Positions 1 through 12,079 are shown, counted from the stretch's first letter. The stretch: 64,000 nt of DNA from Octopus vulgaris (GCA_951406725.2 OX597814.1:166904001-166968000); one strand, 5' to 3'. A program made the numbers and translations. Notes: generated by a model from the letters alone, not told the origin.

Positions 1-665
1 ATGCATTTATTATCATCCTTCATTTCTCCATAACATCCAACACACAGGCATAATTCACACGAAACCTTGACACCTCACATCAGGCATACGTTGTTTGTAT
101 GGAAGAGAAAAAATATTCCAGTGTGAACGAGGCAGTATAATCTCTCTCTCTCCGTACCTTCTGCCCTCCCTCTCCTCTTTCTCTCTCTCTCTCTCTCGAA
201 GACACAATCACCTCACGGATTAAAGAAACAAGTCTACCTTTATATCTGAAAAACAATCGACTTCAAATGTAAAGGCACACTGAATAATGTATTCCAAGAT
301 ATGCTCAGGATTGGCCTGTTTGGTGTTAAACAAGAACAAGAACAACAATAACAACAACAATTACGATGACAACAGCAGCAACATTAGCCAAGACTTCTTG
401 AATCAAGTATTTATCTAACTTTCTTTAAATATTTAATCGAAGTTGCTTTCTGAGATGAAGAAATTCTAGAATAGAAAGCAGGGAAACATAAGTAGAGACG
501 ATAATCGATAAATAAGAGGCAAAGCGAAGAGAAATAAAGAAAGTACAGAGAAGGACAATTGAATAGATAAGTGTAGAGAAATATATCATTCGACTGAAAC
601 TTTCTCGTTCTTAAAGAGGTGATTAGAATACATGTAATGGCGGGGAGTTCACAGATGATATAAAA

Positions 666-1070
666 GGCGATGAGCTGGCAAAAACGTTAACACGCCAGAC
701 GAAATGTCTATCGGTATTTCGTCTGCCACTACGTTCTGAGTTCAAATTCCGCCGAGGTCGACTTTGCCTTTCATCCTTTCGGGGTCGATTAAATAAGTAC
801 CAGTTACGCACTGGGGTCGATATAACCGACTTAACCCGTTTGTCTGTCCTTGTTTGTCCTCTCTGTGTGTAGCCCCTTGTGGAGTAATAAAGAAATAGGT
901 ATTTCGTCTGCCGTTACGTTCTGAGTTCAAATTTCGCCGAGGTCGACTTTGCCTTTCATCCTTTCGGGGTCGATTAAATAAGTACCAGTTACGCACTGGG
1001 GTCAATATAATCGACTTCATCTCTTTGTCTGTCCTTGTTTGTCCCCTCTATGTTTAGCAGTAAAGAAATA
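666..1070 (+). mobile_element. tRNA-derived Nin/Deu-domain SINE, full unit plus headless second unit, 14-bp TSD
   Basis: Head GGCGATGAGCTGGCA...GAGTTCAAATTCC (A/B boxes); Nin-like GTCGACTTTGCCTTTCATCCTTTCGGGGTCGAT; TSD AGATGATATAAAAG at 653-666 and 1071-1084. Confidence 0.85.
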
Positions 1071-1307
1071 AGATGATATAAAAGCTTACACATGCGCGCA
1101 CGCGCACAAATATGCACATATATACGATAGCCTTCTTTCAGTTTCTGTGTACGAAAGCTTTGGTCGGCCTGAGGCTATAATATATATATATATATATGAT
1201 TAATATATATATATATATATATATAATTAATCAAAGGACATACTAAGAATCACTGCTTTGCATGTTATAAGAAATAGCATATGTCGATGGTTTTATATAG
1301 CACTTCA

Positions 1308-1348
<41 letters not shown>

Positions 1349-1354
1349 AACAAA

Positions 1355-1566
1355 CACGGGGTTGAGGCAGAAAAGTTCAAGGCTTTAAGGGTATCATGAA
1401 AGGTTTGGCTGGAAGCCCAACCATCCGAGTTCTTTTACAGGGCTTAGAAAACTGAAGGACTATCGCAATAAGTGTGAATCTGAGAGGGGAATACGTTGAA
1501 TAAAATCAAAATTAACTGACCCTCTCGTATTTTCTTTTACCCAAAGGCAGGAACTTTTCAGCACCA

Positions 1567-1573
<7 letters not shown>
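1355..1573 (+). mobile_element. mariner-derived MITE
   Basis: Imperfect TIRs CACGGGGTTGAGGCAGAAAAGTTC / GAACTTTTCAGCACCACCTCGTG; interior resembles a mariner C-terminus (..NLRGEYVE*). Confidence 0.6.
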
Positions 1574-1628
<55 letters not shown>

Positions 1629-1651
1629 TTGTGTGTGTGTGTGTGTGTGTA

Positions 1652-2737
1652 TCTATATATATAAAATGTTTTGCCTCTCTGTCTGTTCTCAATGCATTCT
1701 CAAACGGCTCGACCAAACCAAGTCAAATTTTACATGGTAATAGTAACAGACCCCAAGAGTGTCGACATGTATTTTTTTCATTTGGATTAAAACAATACAA
1801 CATTGCCACTGGTTCGGTATTACATGCCAAAAGTGAAAGAATAAGATCTATATTGTAATGTGATATAATATTGTTTCACTTTTATTTCTTTCACTTTTAA
1901 TTCTAATGTGATAAGACTATGATATTGTTTCACTTTTATTCTTTCACTTTTAACTCCTGTTGACTAACATAACGAGCGGCTGGCAGTGTAACTCTTGACA
2001 AAAAGAATGAGGTATATAAAAATACACATTTACCGCTCAGTTACCAGTTAATAATTATCGCAGCAGTTGCAAATTTATCGTTAAATTAGCAGCTCATACA
2101 TGTGCTTCTATTTGGCTAATTTGCGTATATTTGGTTCACTTGTACTGCATACAAAAAATAATGACATACTACATACATACAGTTGCTTAAAATAATAGAT
2201 TACTGTATAATTTCTTCTATATCCATAAGTTTTGGTTTACAGTATTGAAAAACATATGCCACTTAAAAAAAGACGTAATCTCTCCAGAAACAACTATAAA
2301 GCAAGGAAAATTGTAGAAAACCGAAGGCGAGAGTCTCAAGAGAGAAAGGAGATGAGACTTTTTCAAGATCAACAAACGCATGCTGCAGCCCGTGAAATGG
2401 AGTATCAAGAGAGAAGTGAGATGAGATTTTCTCAAGATCAGCAAAGGCATGCTGCAATACGTTAGATGGAGTATCAATACGGAAGGGAGATGAGACTTTC
2501 CCAAGATCAGCAAATGCATGCTGCACGTCAGATAGAGTCTCAAGAGAGAAGGGAAATGAGACTTACCCAAGATCAGCAACCGCATCCTGCAGCACATCAA
2601 ATGGAGTCTCAACACAGAAGGGAGATGAGACTTTCCCAAGATCAGCACTTTCCCGTATCACCGATTTCAACATAACTGTAAAATAGATATACAAACTATG
2701 CCATTTTAATCCCGAGCAGCATCGGGTATCTCTGCTG
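1652..2737 (+). mobile_element. non-autonomous Helitron with 60-bp internal tandem repeats
   Basis: 5' TCTATATATATAAA; 3' hairpin CCCGA-GCAGCA-TCGGG then CTG (degenerate CTAG); about 5.5 copies of a 60-bp unit at 2325-2650 encoding ESQERxEMRLxQDQQxHAA. Confidence 0.7.
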
Positions 2738-2829
2738 AAACAAATCCTTCAATAAATTTGAAAATAAATGTATTTTAAGAACGGTTTATTAGCATTAATT
2801 GTTTTCTTTTCATAAAATATATTTTCGAA

Positions 2830-2908
2830 ACTTTGACCCTTGGGGATTTTGACCCTTGGGATTTTGACCCTTGGGATTTTGACCCCAGGGGATTATAACC
2901 TAAACCCA
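2830..2908. repeat. ~15-bp tandem repeats (GGGATTTTGACCCTT) ending ...TAACCTAAACCC, probably a DNA-transposon subterminal array
   Basis: 4-5 visible copies; the partner terminus was not found. Confidence 0.45.
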
Positions 2909-3378
2909 ATTACATACATACATACTTAGAAGGAGAGGAAAGGACGATAGCACTTCACTCTGTGCAACATCTTTCAATAGCATGCCATTTTATTCAAAGT
3001 TCTTGCAGTACGTCGTACAAAATGCTCGCCATGTCATCGGGCACCTATCTACTAAGATGACAAGAATCGACTGCTCAAATTTATGAATAAAAACATATGT
3101 AGCTCGGATTAAACTACTCCCAGTAATAATCATTTTATTATATTTATTTACCGCGTGTTATACGTGACTAACGTTATTACTGATATTGGTGTTGTGGAGT
3201 ACCTATTATGTTTAAATAATCGTTCTTAATTTTATAATGGAATGATAAAGTAGAAATATTATTTATTGATTAATTAACTAATTAATTCATCAATGTTCCC
3301 TCATTGTAGACCGCTATTCAATCGCATGCACAAAGCCACCGAGCTTATAACGACGACTGGCGTGATCCAAACTAATTG

Positions 3379-3403
3379 ATACATACATACATACATACAT
3401 ACA

Positions 3404-3435
<32 letters not shown>

Positions 3436-3551
3436 CACATACATACATACATGCATACATACATACGTACATACATACATATACACATACGTACATACAT
3501 ACATACATACATACATACGTACATAAATACATACACACACACATACATACA

Positions 3552-3583
<32 letters not shown>

Positions 3584-4067
3584 CACATACATACATACAT
3601 ACATACATATACACATACATACATACATACATACATACATACATACGTACATAAATACATATACACACACATACATACATACATACATACATACATACAT
3701 ACATACATACATACATACATACATACATAAGTATATATGAGCATGTCTAGGGATGCAACTATATGCATAAAAATACATACATAAAACAAAACATACAAAT
3801 CTGCACGTCTACATACATACATTCAAACAAAAATCCCCTGTTGATGTTGAAATTCCAATGAAGGAGCCTTAGATCTAGGTTAGAAACCGGCTTTTTCTCT
3901 ATTCGCAAGAAATCTTGAAATAAAACTGAATAATGGCATATACACATACATACATACATACATACATACATACATACATACATACATACATACATACATA
4001 CATACATACATGCATACATACATACATACATACATATATATACATACGTACATACATGCATGCATGC

Positions 4068-4106
<39 letters not shown>

Positions 4107-4456
4107 CATACATACGTACGTACATACATACATACGTACGTACGTACGTACATACATACATACATACGTACATGGATGCATGCATATATACATACATACA
4201 ATCATACGTACATACATACATACATACGTACGTACGTACATACGTACATACGTACGAACGTACGTACGTACGTACATACATACATACGTACATACATACA
4301 TACGTACGTACGTACATACGTACATACGTACGAACGTACGTACGTACATACGTACATACGTACGAACTTACGTACGTACATAGATACATACATGCATACA
4401 TACATACATACATACATACATACATACATACATACATACATACATACATACATACA
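3379..4456. repeat. (TACA)n/(TACG)n microsatellite blocks
   Basis: Directly visible; source of the MYVC/YIHT pseudo-ORFs. Confidence 0.95.
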
Positions 4457-5485
4457 TTATGGCTGCCCCCTCGTTATCGAGTATGGCCATTGCACGAAGC
4501 TTAACTGTTACTGGTGCTGTGATCGAATGTGACTTTGTAGCCCAGCTAAAGATCTACAATGTCTTGTACAAAATTGGCAACTAAGACATTTACTGGTAAT
4601 AGCCGGCTGTAGTTGTAACTGGGCTTCATGTACCTTTGCATGTCGTTTTAGTCCTCCTGCCGAATTACACTCTCTTCCACATGCCCGACAGATATGATTA
4701 GTATGGTGTGTTACCCCACCACCAGTGGCCAGGTTGTCACTCATCTGTCTCGTTTTATGACTACGAAGATGACTCATGAGTCCAGCTTTACTGAGGCAGG
4801 GTCTTGCACAGACATTGCATGTCAGAATCAAAGGAAGACCCTTCCCATCTGGAAGTGTAACAGCGATGCTCTTCCTGACATCCCTCCTTACTTTCTCATG
4901 TGTAACTCGAGATTTCTCAAACGTGACTGTCCCCTCATGCACAATCCTTCTCCACCTGCTACGATCAATAGCTATGCCTTCCTATGTGTCAGGAGAGATG
5001 CAAGCATCTCTTAAGGAAGCTTTCAGCAAGTCCTTATACCTCTTTTTTGGTTTATGTGGAGGTCGTTCTCCTTTAGCTAACTCTCCATAAAAGAGTTGAT
5101 TTGGCATCCTTGAATCCTTCATTCTGACCAGATGACCACTCCATCTGAGCCTTTGCTTTAACACAAGAGCTTCTATACTTACACACCGAGAGCCTTCGAG
5201 TATTTCAAGATCACTGATGCGGTCCTTCCACTTAATGCTATAGATCCGTCTGAGGCACATCTGATGGAAACGTTCCAGATGTTTTAGGTGGTATCAATAT
5301 GTGACCCACGTCTCGCAGGCATAGAGAAGAGAAGGGAGCACACATGCCTTGTACACCTTTATCTTTGTCTTTCTGCATATGTCTCGCCGACTCCAGAGGC
5401 GCTTTTCTAGCCTTCCGAAAGCAACACTTACTTTCCTAATTCTATATGGAACTTCATCATCCACATTGCCATATCTATTAATAGA
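4457..5485 (-). mobile_element. 5'-truncated RTE-clade LINE (RT C-terminal region plus three C2H2-like zinc fingers), inserted in (TACA)n
   Basis: ORF pieces 5294-5485, 4982-5260 and 4508-4942 are one frame broken by two stops. Motifs KVYKACVLPSLLYACETW, LRWSGHLVRM..RMP..LFYGEL, and CxxC..HxxxH three times. Confidence 0.9.
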
Positions 5486-6371
5486 TACATACATACATAC
5501 ATACATACATACATACATACATACATACATACATACATACATACATACATACATACATACATACATGGATGCATGCATACATACATACATGTAGACAGAC
5601 AGACAGACATATATTAATGCAACCACTAAAACATCTAATTTAAGCCAAACAGAACAGGGATTACATAGGTATGGGGCAAGAAATCATTGTAAGAGGAGAT
5701 ATAATTAGGATAAACATGCATTTAAACACCGCTAGGAATATCAATTAGACACCATTTTAGTGACACCAAAATGGCATCGGAATAATAACAACAGAACTCT
5801 ACACACAATCCAACTCTCAGACTTATGCACAATGTATTTTACCATTTATTTTTTTACCTGTTTCAGGTATTGGGCCGCGCCCACGATGGAACGTTACCTT
5901 GAAGGATTTAGTCGAAAAGATCAAACACAGCACTTATTTTGTCATCTTCAGTCTGGTACTTATGTTATCGGGTTCTTTTGTGGAACCGCTAAGTTAAGGA
6001 GACATAAACAAACCAACACCGATCACCAAGCGGTGTGGAGGGACAAATATAAATTCAAACACATAAACACACACACACACACACACACTCACACACACAT
6101 TTTGCCCACCTATATTTGTCTTTTGAATGCTCAAAGAGAACAGAATATTTTCTGAAATAATGTTCTGAATATGTCGTAGTGTTTTAAATGCATTCAGAGT
6201 AGGTCATTTGCTTAGCTGATACAGTTTTTGTAAAGTAGTGAACATTTGTAAAAAAAGTTTTCCCAAATTCAAAGTACAGTAAATATTATTCATTGTGTCC
6301 ACCTACCCCTACATTTGAAAAGTTTTCTCCAACTTTTCTTCATTGCAAAGTATTTGAACAAATCTTCAAAA

Positions 6372-6660
6372 TTCTGCTTCTATACTTATTAGAGATAAAG
6401 CATCACGAATAATATTTTGGTGAGTTGAAAGTGATTTCTTTTGTGCCGTAAATCATTTACCATTTCTGGGGTGGTCCCCTTCCTTTTATGCTCCAAGCAA
6501 GTGCTTATTTCTGTTACGCTTCTGCTTCTATACTTATTAGAGATAAAGCATCTCGAATAATATTTTGGTGAGTTTAAAGTGATTTCTTTTGTGCCGTAAA
6601 TCATTTACCATTTCTGGGGTGGGCCCTTTCCATTAATGCTCCAAATAAGTGGTTATTTCG
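6372..6660. repeat. tandem duplication of a ~148-bp unit
   Basis: TTCTGCTTCTATACTTATTAGAGATAAAGCATC... starts at ~6372 and again at ~6520. Confidence 0.85.
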
Positions 6661-6679
6661 TTTAATGGTTCATCCAGCC

Positions 6680-6965
6680 CTGATCCTGGTAACTTGACAG
6701 AGATAGGCATTAAAACTGTCCCTCATCTTCCCTGTGACTTGTGGTTGTTCCCCAAGCTGAAAGAAAAGATGAAGGAGACTGTGACAAGGGTCAAGGACAC
6801 CTTTCACTTTGGAGGACTGCCACGGTGCCTTCACGAAGTAGCCGGAGCGCCAGAAGTGCATTGAAGTCAGAAGATCCTACATTGAAGGTCATTAGAGTCT
6901 GGTACTTCTCTGAAATTAATATGTCTCTCCTGAAAAAGTCTGAAAACTTCTGGAATGCACCTTAC
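6680..6965 (+). pseudogene. mariner transposase 3' remnant with terminal repeat
   Basis: GIKTVPHLPCDLWLFPKLKE and KCIE motifs; end AAAAAGTCTGAAAACTTCTGGAATGCACCTTACATA. Confidence 0.6.
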
Positions 6966-7149
6966 ATACATACATGCATATACATACCTACCTACCTACC
7001 TACCTACCTACCTACCTACCTACCTACCTACCTACCTACATACATACATACATACATACATACATACATACATGCACGCATGCATGCACGCATACATACA
7101 TACATACATACATACATACATACATACATACATACATACATACATACAT

Positions 7150-7355
7150 AGTAATACATGGGGATGGCATATTTTGCCAATTAAACACACGCACTATATA
7201 TCTGGTTTTCACTTCAGCTTTATTATTATCATTTTAGTGTCCTTTGTCTAACCTCTTTCGTCACACTACCTGTGACATTTTGAGCGAGCCATTATCCTAC
7301 CTTTTTCCTTTTGTTCTGCTTATTCCAGGATGTGTGACGAAAGAGCTTTGACAAA

Positions 7356-7428
<73 letters not shown>

Positions 7429-7562
7429 AGATGATAATAATAATAATAATAATAAGGCCGAAGTGAATACCGTGTGTTTAATTGGCAAAATATGACCACC
7501 CACCAATTATAGCAGTATGTGTTTCAACACACGATTTCACATCAAGAATCTTGCAAAACAAA
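7150..7562. mobile_element. Penelope-like terminal remnant with inverted repeat (same family as 44290-44612)
   Basis: IR 7160-7194 / 7470-7501; partial hammerhead halves GTGTGACGAAAGAG; 7505-7562 is homologous to the reverse complement of 44290-44345. Confidence 0.55.
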
Positions 7563-7584
7563 CAAACACACATACACGCGCGCA

Positions 7585-7669
<85 letters not shown>

Positions 7670-7672
7670 ACA

Positions 7673-7732
<60 letters not shown>

Positions 7733-8214
7733 TTATAAAATTCACCCATTCTGTATTGTCTACCTTTTATGCTACTTTCCTAGCACACACACACACACAC
7801 ACGTACACGCACATACCCAATCACATACACTCACAAACATATTCTGTAATTACTCACTCACGAACATATTCTGTAATTAATTTACTGGTAATATCACCGA
7901 TGTCAAAAAGTACACTGATGTCAACAAGTACTTGGACATCTTCTACGTATATTCAATAGTGTAAACTATTGGTGTATTAAATTACACAATTATTATTATA
8001 CATAGACACACAGACACACACACATATCTATACGAAATTAATTTGTGCAAAAAGAAAACGATAAGAAGTGTACCCCGTCTAATCTAATATTACTATAAAT
8101 GGTTCATATTACACTATGCATTACAAGTGATGATAGTTTCACGTACTTAAGTACGTTCACCTGGCGCTGATTGAACGCATATAATTCTACTTCATGTAGT
8201 ATAAAGCATTTATA

Positions 8215-8245
<31 letters not shown>

Positions 8246-8641
8246 TGATAGAAATGGTAAGACAACAAAAGAATGAAAGAGACCTCGATATTATGTAAAT
8301 AGAGGAATTTTTCTGTAAATATGACAATTATATATATATATATATTGTGAGACTGGGGGAGAGAGTGCAACACACATGTAACCAACCTTATTTCATAAGT
8401 ACAACTTAACTGGATGAAGAGCACATTGTTATTTGTATTATGCAAAAAGCAACTAATAATATATGTACGCATCCTTAATTGCACGCAAGTTTCACGATAC
8501 TTTAATCTCTTCCCTTGACAGGTAAACTAAGTTTGCTTGTTGTTAATTCGTTGATATCGTAATGTTTATAATGTTTTGCACTTAAAAGCAGTTCATACTT
8601 ACTGGAATAATAATGCATGCGTTTGGAGGCGTGTGCGTGTA

Positions 8642-10300
8642 CAGGGTGCGATGAATAAATTGTCGTCTAAATTACGCAAAGATGAAAATAACATAGACAT
8701 CTCATTTTAACAGATATATTTACCAAAATTACATTAAAATATCTTGAAATACTAAAGTGTATAGGCACAGGAGTGGCTGTGTGGTAAGTAGCTTGCTTAC
8801 CAACCACATGGTTCCGGGTTCAGTCCCACTGCGTGGCACCTTGGGCAAGTATCTTCTACTATAGCCTCGGGCCGACCAAAGCCTTGTGAGTGGATTTGGT
8901 AGACGGAAACTGAAAGAAGCCCGTCGTATATATGTATATGTATGTGTGTGTGTGTGTTTGCGTGTCTGTGTTTATCCCCCCCCCCAACATCGCTTGACAA
9001 CCGATACTGGTGTGTTTACGTCCCCGTAACTTAACACTTCAGCAAAAAGAGACCGATAGAATAAGTACTAGGCTTACAAAGAATAAGTCCTGGAGTCGAT
9101 TTGCTCGACTAAAAAAGGCGGTGCTCTAGCATGGTCGCAGTTAAATGACCGAAACAAGTAAAAGAGTAAAAGAGTTAAGAGTAAAAAGTAAATTTATTCA
9201 ATAAAATCGCCGTTGTCTTCAACCACACCCTCCAGACGACTTCGGAATCTTCTGCAACTATTTTGGACGCTCTCCTTAAGTTGGAGAATGCTGCAATAAT
9301 CCTTGCCTTCGGTTCATCTTTGGTGTTACAAGGAGTTTTGTTAGTCTCTTGCTCAACTGCATCCCACACATTATAATCAAGGGGGCTGCAGTCTGGGGTG
9401 TTAGGTGACCAGATGTTTAGGGTAATGTGGTCGCTGAAATTGTCTGACAGTCACGACTGGTTCTCCTGCTTGTGAGACATAGTGCAGAGTTCTGTTGCCA
9501 GACATAGGGTCTTCTAGCAGCCACCTTCTTGACCCAGAGAAGCATTGCCTTCTCCAGGAACTTGATGTAGGCCTCCGTGTTGAGTGTGAGGCAGTGTGGG
9601 AAGATGAACGGAGGGATAACGTTGCCATCACTAGTGATCATACAAAACACCATGATGTTGACTGGATGTTTGATTTTTATCTCTCTCGGTACATATTTTG
9701 GGGACACGGCAAGCCAACGGTTGTTCTGTGTTCAGCGTCTGATCCTGGCAGAAATTTTTCTCGTCTGAGAAAAACCAAAGCATGTTTGGTTCGAGGAGTT
9801 GCTTGAATTTGTTAAAAAGTTTTGTAGCGCGGTCTTTCCTTTTGTCTTTGATGTCCTAGATTAAAGGTTGGCTCATCTTGTATGAAGAATACCGAAAGTA
9901 TTCATGCACTATCTGTGTGATAAGAAACTCAGACATTCCCATGTCCCTAGTGATGGACCTAATTGTCTTGGAGGGATTGTTGTCAATCATGGCCTGGATC
10001 TCACCAAAAACTTGAGTTCTATATTATGAAAACGATCAGAGTTTTCCGATCTGCCATACCTTCATAATCACCATTAGACTTATCCAACATTTTCGAATCC
10101 TCTGCACTCTCCTCAGAATGACACCCAAACACCCTGAAATGTTCGTACTTGAGCTTCCGGCGCGAATGCCAAGCAGTACACAATTTCATTCCCAAATTTC
10201 TGACCCTACTATACTGTGTAGTCAACAAAATCAAAAACAAACAATGTGCATGCGCGAAATTAAAAATATAAAATGGCGACAATTTATCCATCGCACATTG
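8642..10300 (-). mobile_element. Tc1/mariner DNA transposon, maT (DD37D-like) type, decayed transposase, TIRs and TA TSD
   Basis: TIRs CAGGGTGCGATGAATAAATTGTCG / CGACAATTTATCCATCGCACATTG flanked by TA; fragments DEKNF, IMVFCMITSDG, WQQNSA, PDCSPLDYNVW. A SINE is inserted at 8764-9175. Confidence 0.85.
8764..9175 (+). mobile_element. tRNA-derived CORE-type SINE (octopus OR-like)
   Basis: Head GGCACAGGAGTGGCTGTGTGGTAAG...GGTTCAGTCCC, CORE-like CACCTTGGGCAAGT, tail (GAGTAAAA)n. Other copies: 5860-6065(-), 14610-14977(-), 15930-16275(-), 29169-29660(+), 41420-41500(+), 43850-44270(+), 45872-46277(-), 46385-46635(-), 46885-47862(-). Confidence 0.85.
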
Positions 10301-10353
10301 TATGTATGTATGTATGTATGTATGTATGTATGTATATGTGTATATATATATAT

Positions 10354-10901
10354 TGTGTCAGGTCACTTTCGAGTGCTACTGGAAACATGTAACCCAGTAC
10401 AACCTGTTGCATGGTTGGGTCGTCGGTGACTAAACCGGCAACCCCACCAAGCTTGCTTGGTGAGGAGGGTGTTTATTGGACACCCTGCGGGATGAAAAAC
10501 AAAACCCGTCAAAGGGCGGAGGAACTCTTGAGAGTCAACGGTCATCCAATAAATGTCTTAAGGCTGTATCATGTGCGGGGACAGAAATAATCGGACTGAA
10601 TACCTGATCGCGCAGTTAAACCATTGGGAGTGAAGGACTCCTAGCCTTTGTTAGGGCATCCTTCTATGAGAAGGTAGCTCAGGTAACTGGGATAACTCCG
10701 ATATAAAACCTGCGTGGTTACCGATGATGTTGACTTGTTCTTCTTTTCTGATTATGGCTGCTGTTGCTTAGTAAGTGGGATTGACTCAGTGCACAGTTTT
10801 TGCTCACTTAAAAAAAAATCTTCTTGCACAGGCATTGCACGATAACAACATTGATTAAGTTTCGTGCAATGGCCATACTCGATAACAAGGGGGCAGCCAC
10901 C
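10354..10901 (+). mobile_element. short non-coding retroelement: structured LINE-type 5' module plus RTE 3' tail
   Basis: The last ~44 nt match the 3' end of the RTE at 4460-4504 with 2 mismatches. The 5' part is homologous to the Dong 5'UTR at 27580-27758. Flanked by (TA)n. Confidence 0.8.
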
Positions 10902-11352
10902 ATATATATATATATATATATTATTATTATTAATATTAGGGAAGTTATTTCCGAGTCCACAGGGAGAGAAATTCAATTTAGTGGGGCTAAAACGAATTAC
11001 TCCCTGTATTATTTACATATATATAGATACGTTTAAGAGACAGAACCACCTTCAATAATACACACACACACACTCACACACACACACACACCACACCACA
11101 CACACACACCACACATACACACACACACACTTACACACACACACATACACACACACATCAAATAACAAACGACATAAATTCTTGATTTATCAAGATGGTC
11201 TCCACCTCCATGGGATTATCATGACTACCAAATAACAATTGAGACCAGTTCCAGGTGAGAAGTGGGGAGATAATCTCAAGAATCAATAACTCCACAATGT
11301 TGATATGCTGTTAATGAAAAGGACAGGCTTATTGCTTGGAGATAAGAGAACA

Positions 11353-11397
11353 ATCGTGGACATGCGTTTCTAGCTTAATAACCGTCATCAGGACGAC
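11353..11397 (-). ncRNA. minimal type I hammerhead ribozyme motif (stems decayed)
   Basis: Minus strand GTCGTC CTGATGA CGGTT ATTA AGCTA GAAA CGCATG TC CACGAT: intact CUGAUGA / GAAA / GUC core. Confidence 0.55.
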
Positions 11398-11444
11398 ATT
11401 TGGCCAACCTTATCTCCAGTAGCCAAGGGACTTAGAGTTACACA

Positions 11445-11496
<52 letters not shown>

Positions 11497-11689
11497 GAGT
11501 AGAACACATTTATGACCTAAGTAATGAGTATAATTTAAACAGAAATGAACTAAGAGAAATAACTCAGGGCTGTTATTTGGTATTTGATATAACTGTATTT
11601 GCCTCTGTTTTTTCATATACATGCCACTGGCCACTCGGAGTTATTTCTCTTTGCTCACTTTTGCATAAATAATATGCATACAAACAAAC

Positions 11690-11792
11690 AAACATATACA
11701 TACATACATACATACATAAATACATACAAAGATATATATATATATGTCTATATATATATATATGTATATATATACATATATATATATATATG

Positions 11793-11865
<73 letters not shown>

Positions 11866-11871
11866 TATATG

Positions 11872-11918
<47 letters not shown>

Positions 11919-11930
11919 CATATATATATG

Positions 11931-12001
<71 letters not shown>

Positions 12002-12046
12002 TACATACAAAGATATATATATATATGTCTATATATATATGTATGC

Positions 12047-12079
<33 letters not shown>

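Noticed and set aside
3301-4532. Long ORFs with MYVC/YIHT repeats (also 7478-7959, 11599-12203, 38435-39685, 39993-40843, 52480-53103)
   Set aside because: Stop-free translations of microsatellites, not genes.
10361-10431. HDV-like P1 (GGTCACT/GGTGACT with G-U at position 1) and a twister-like UAA...GAGGG arrangement
   Set aside because: No P3/L3, P1.1 GG or J4/2 for HDV, and the loop order required for the twister pseudoknots is absent. Kept only as an unclassified structured RNA.
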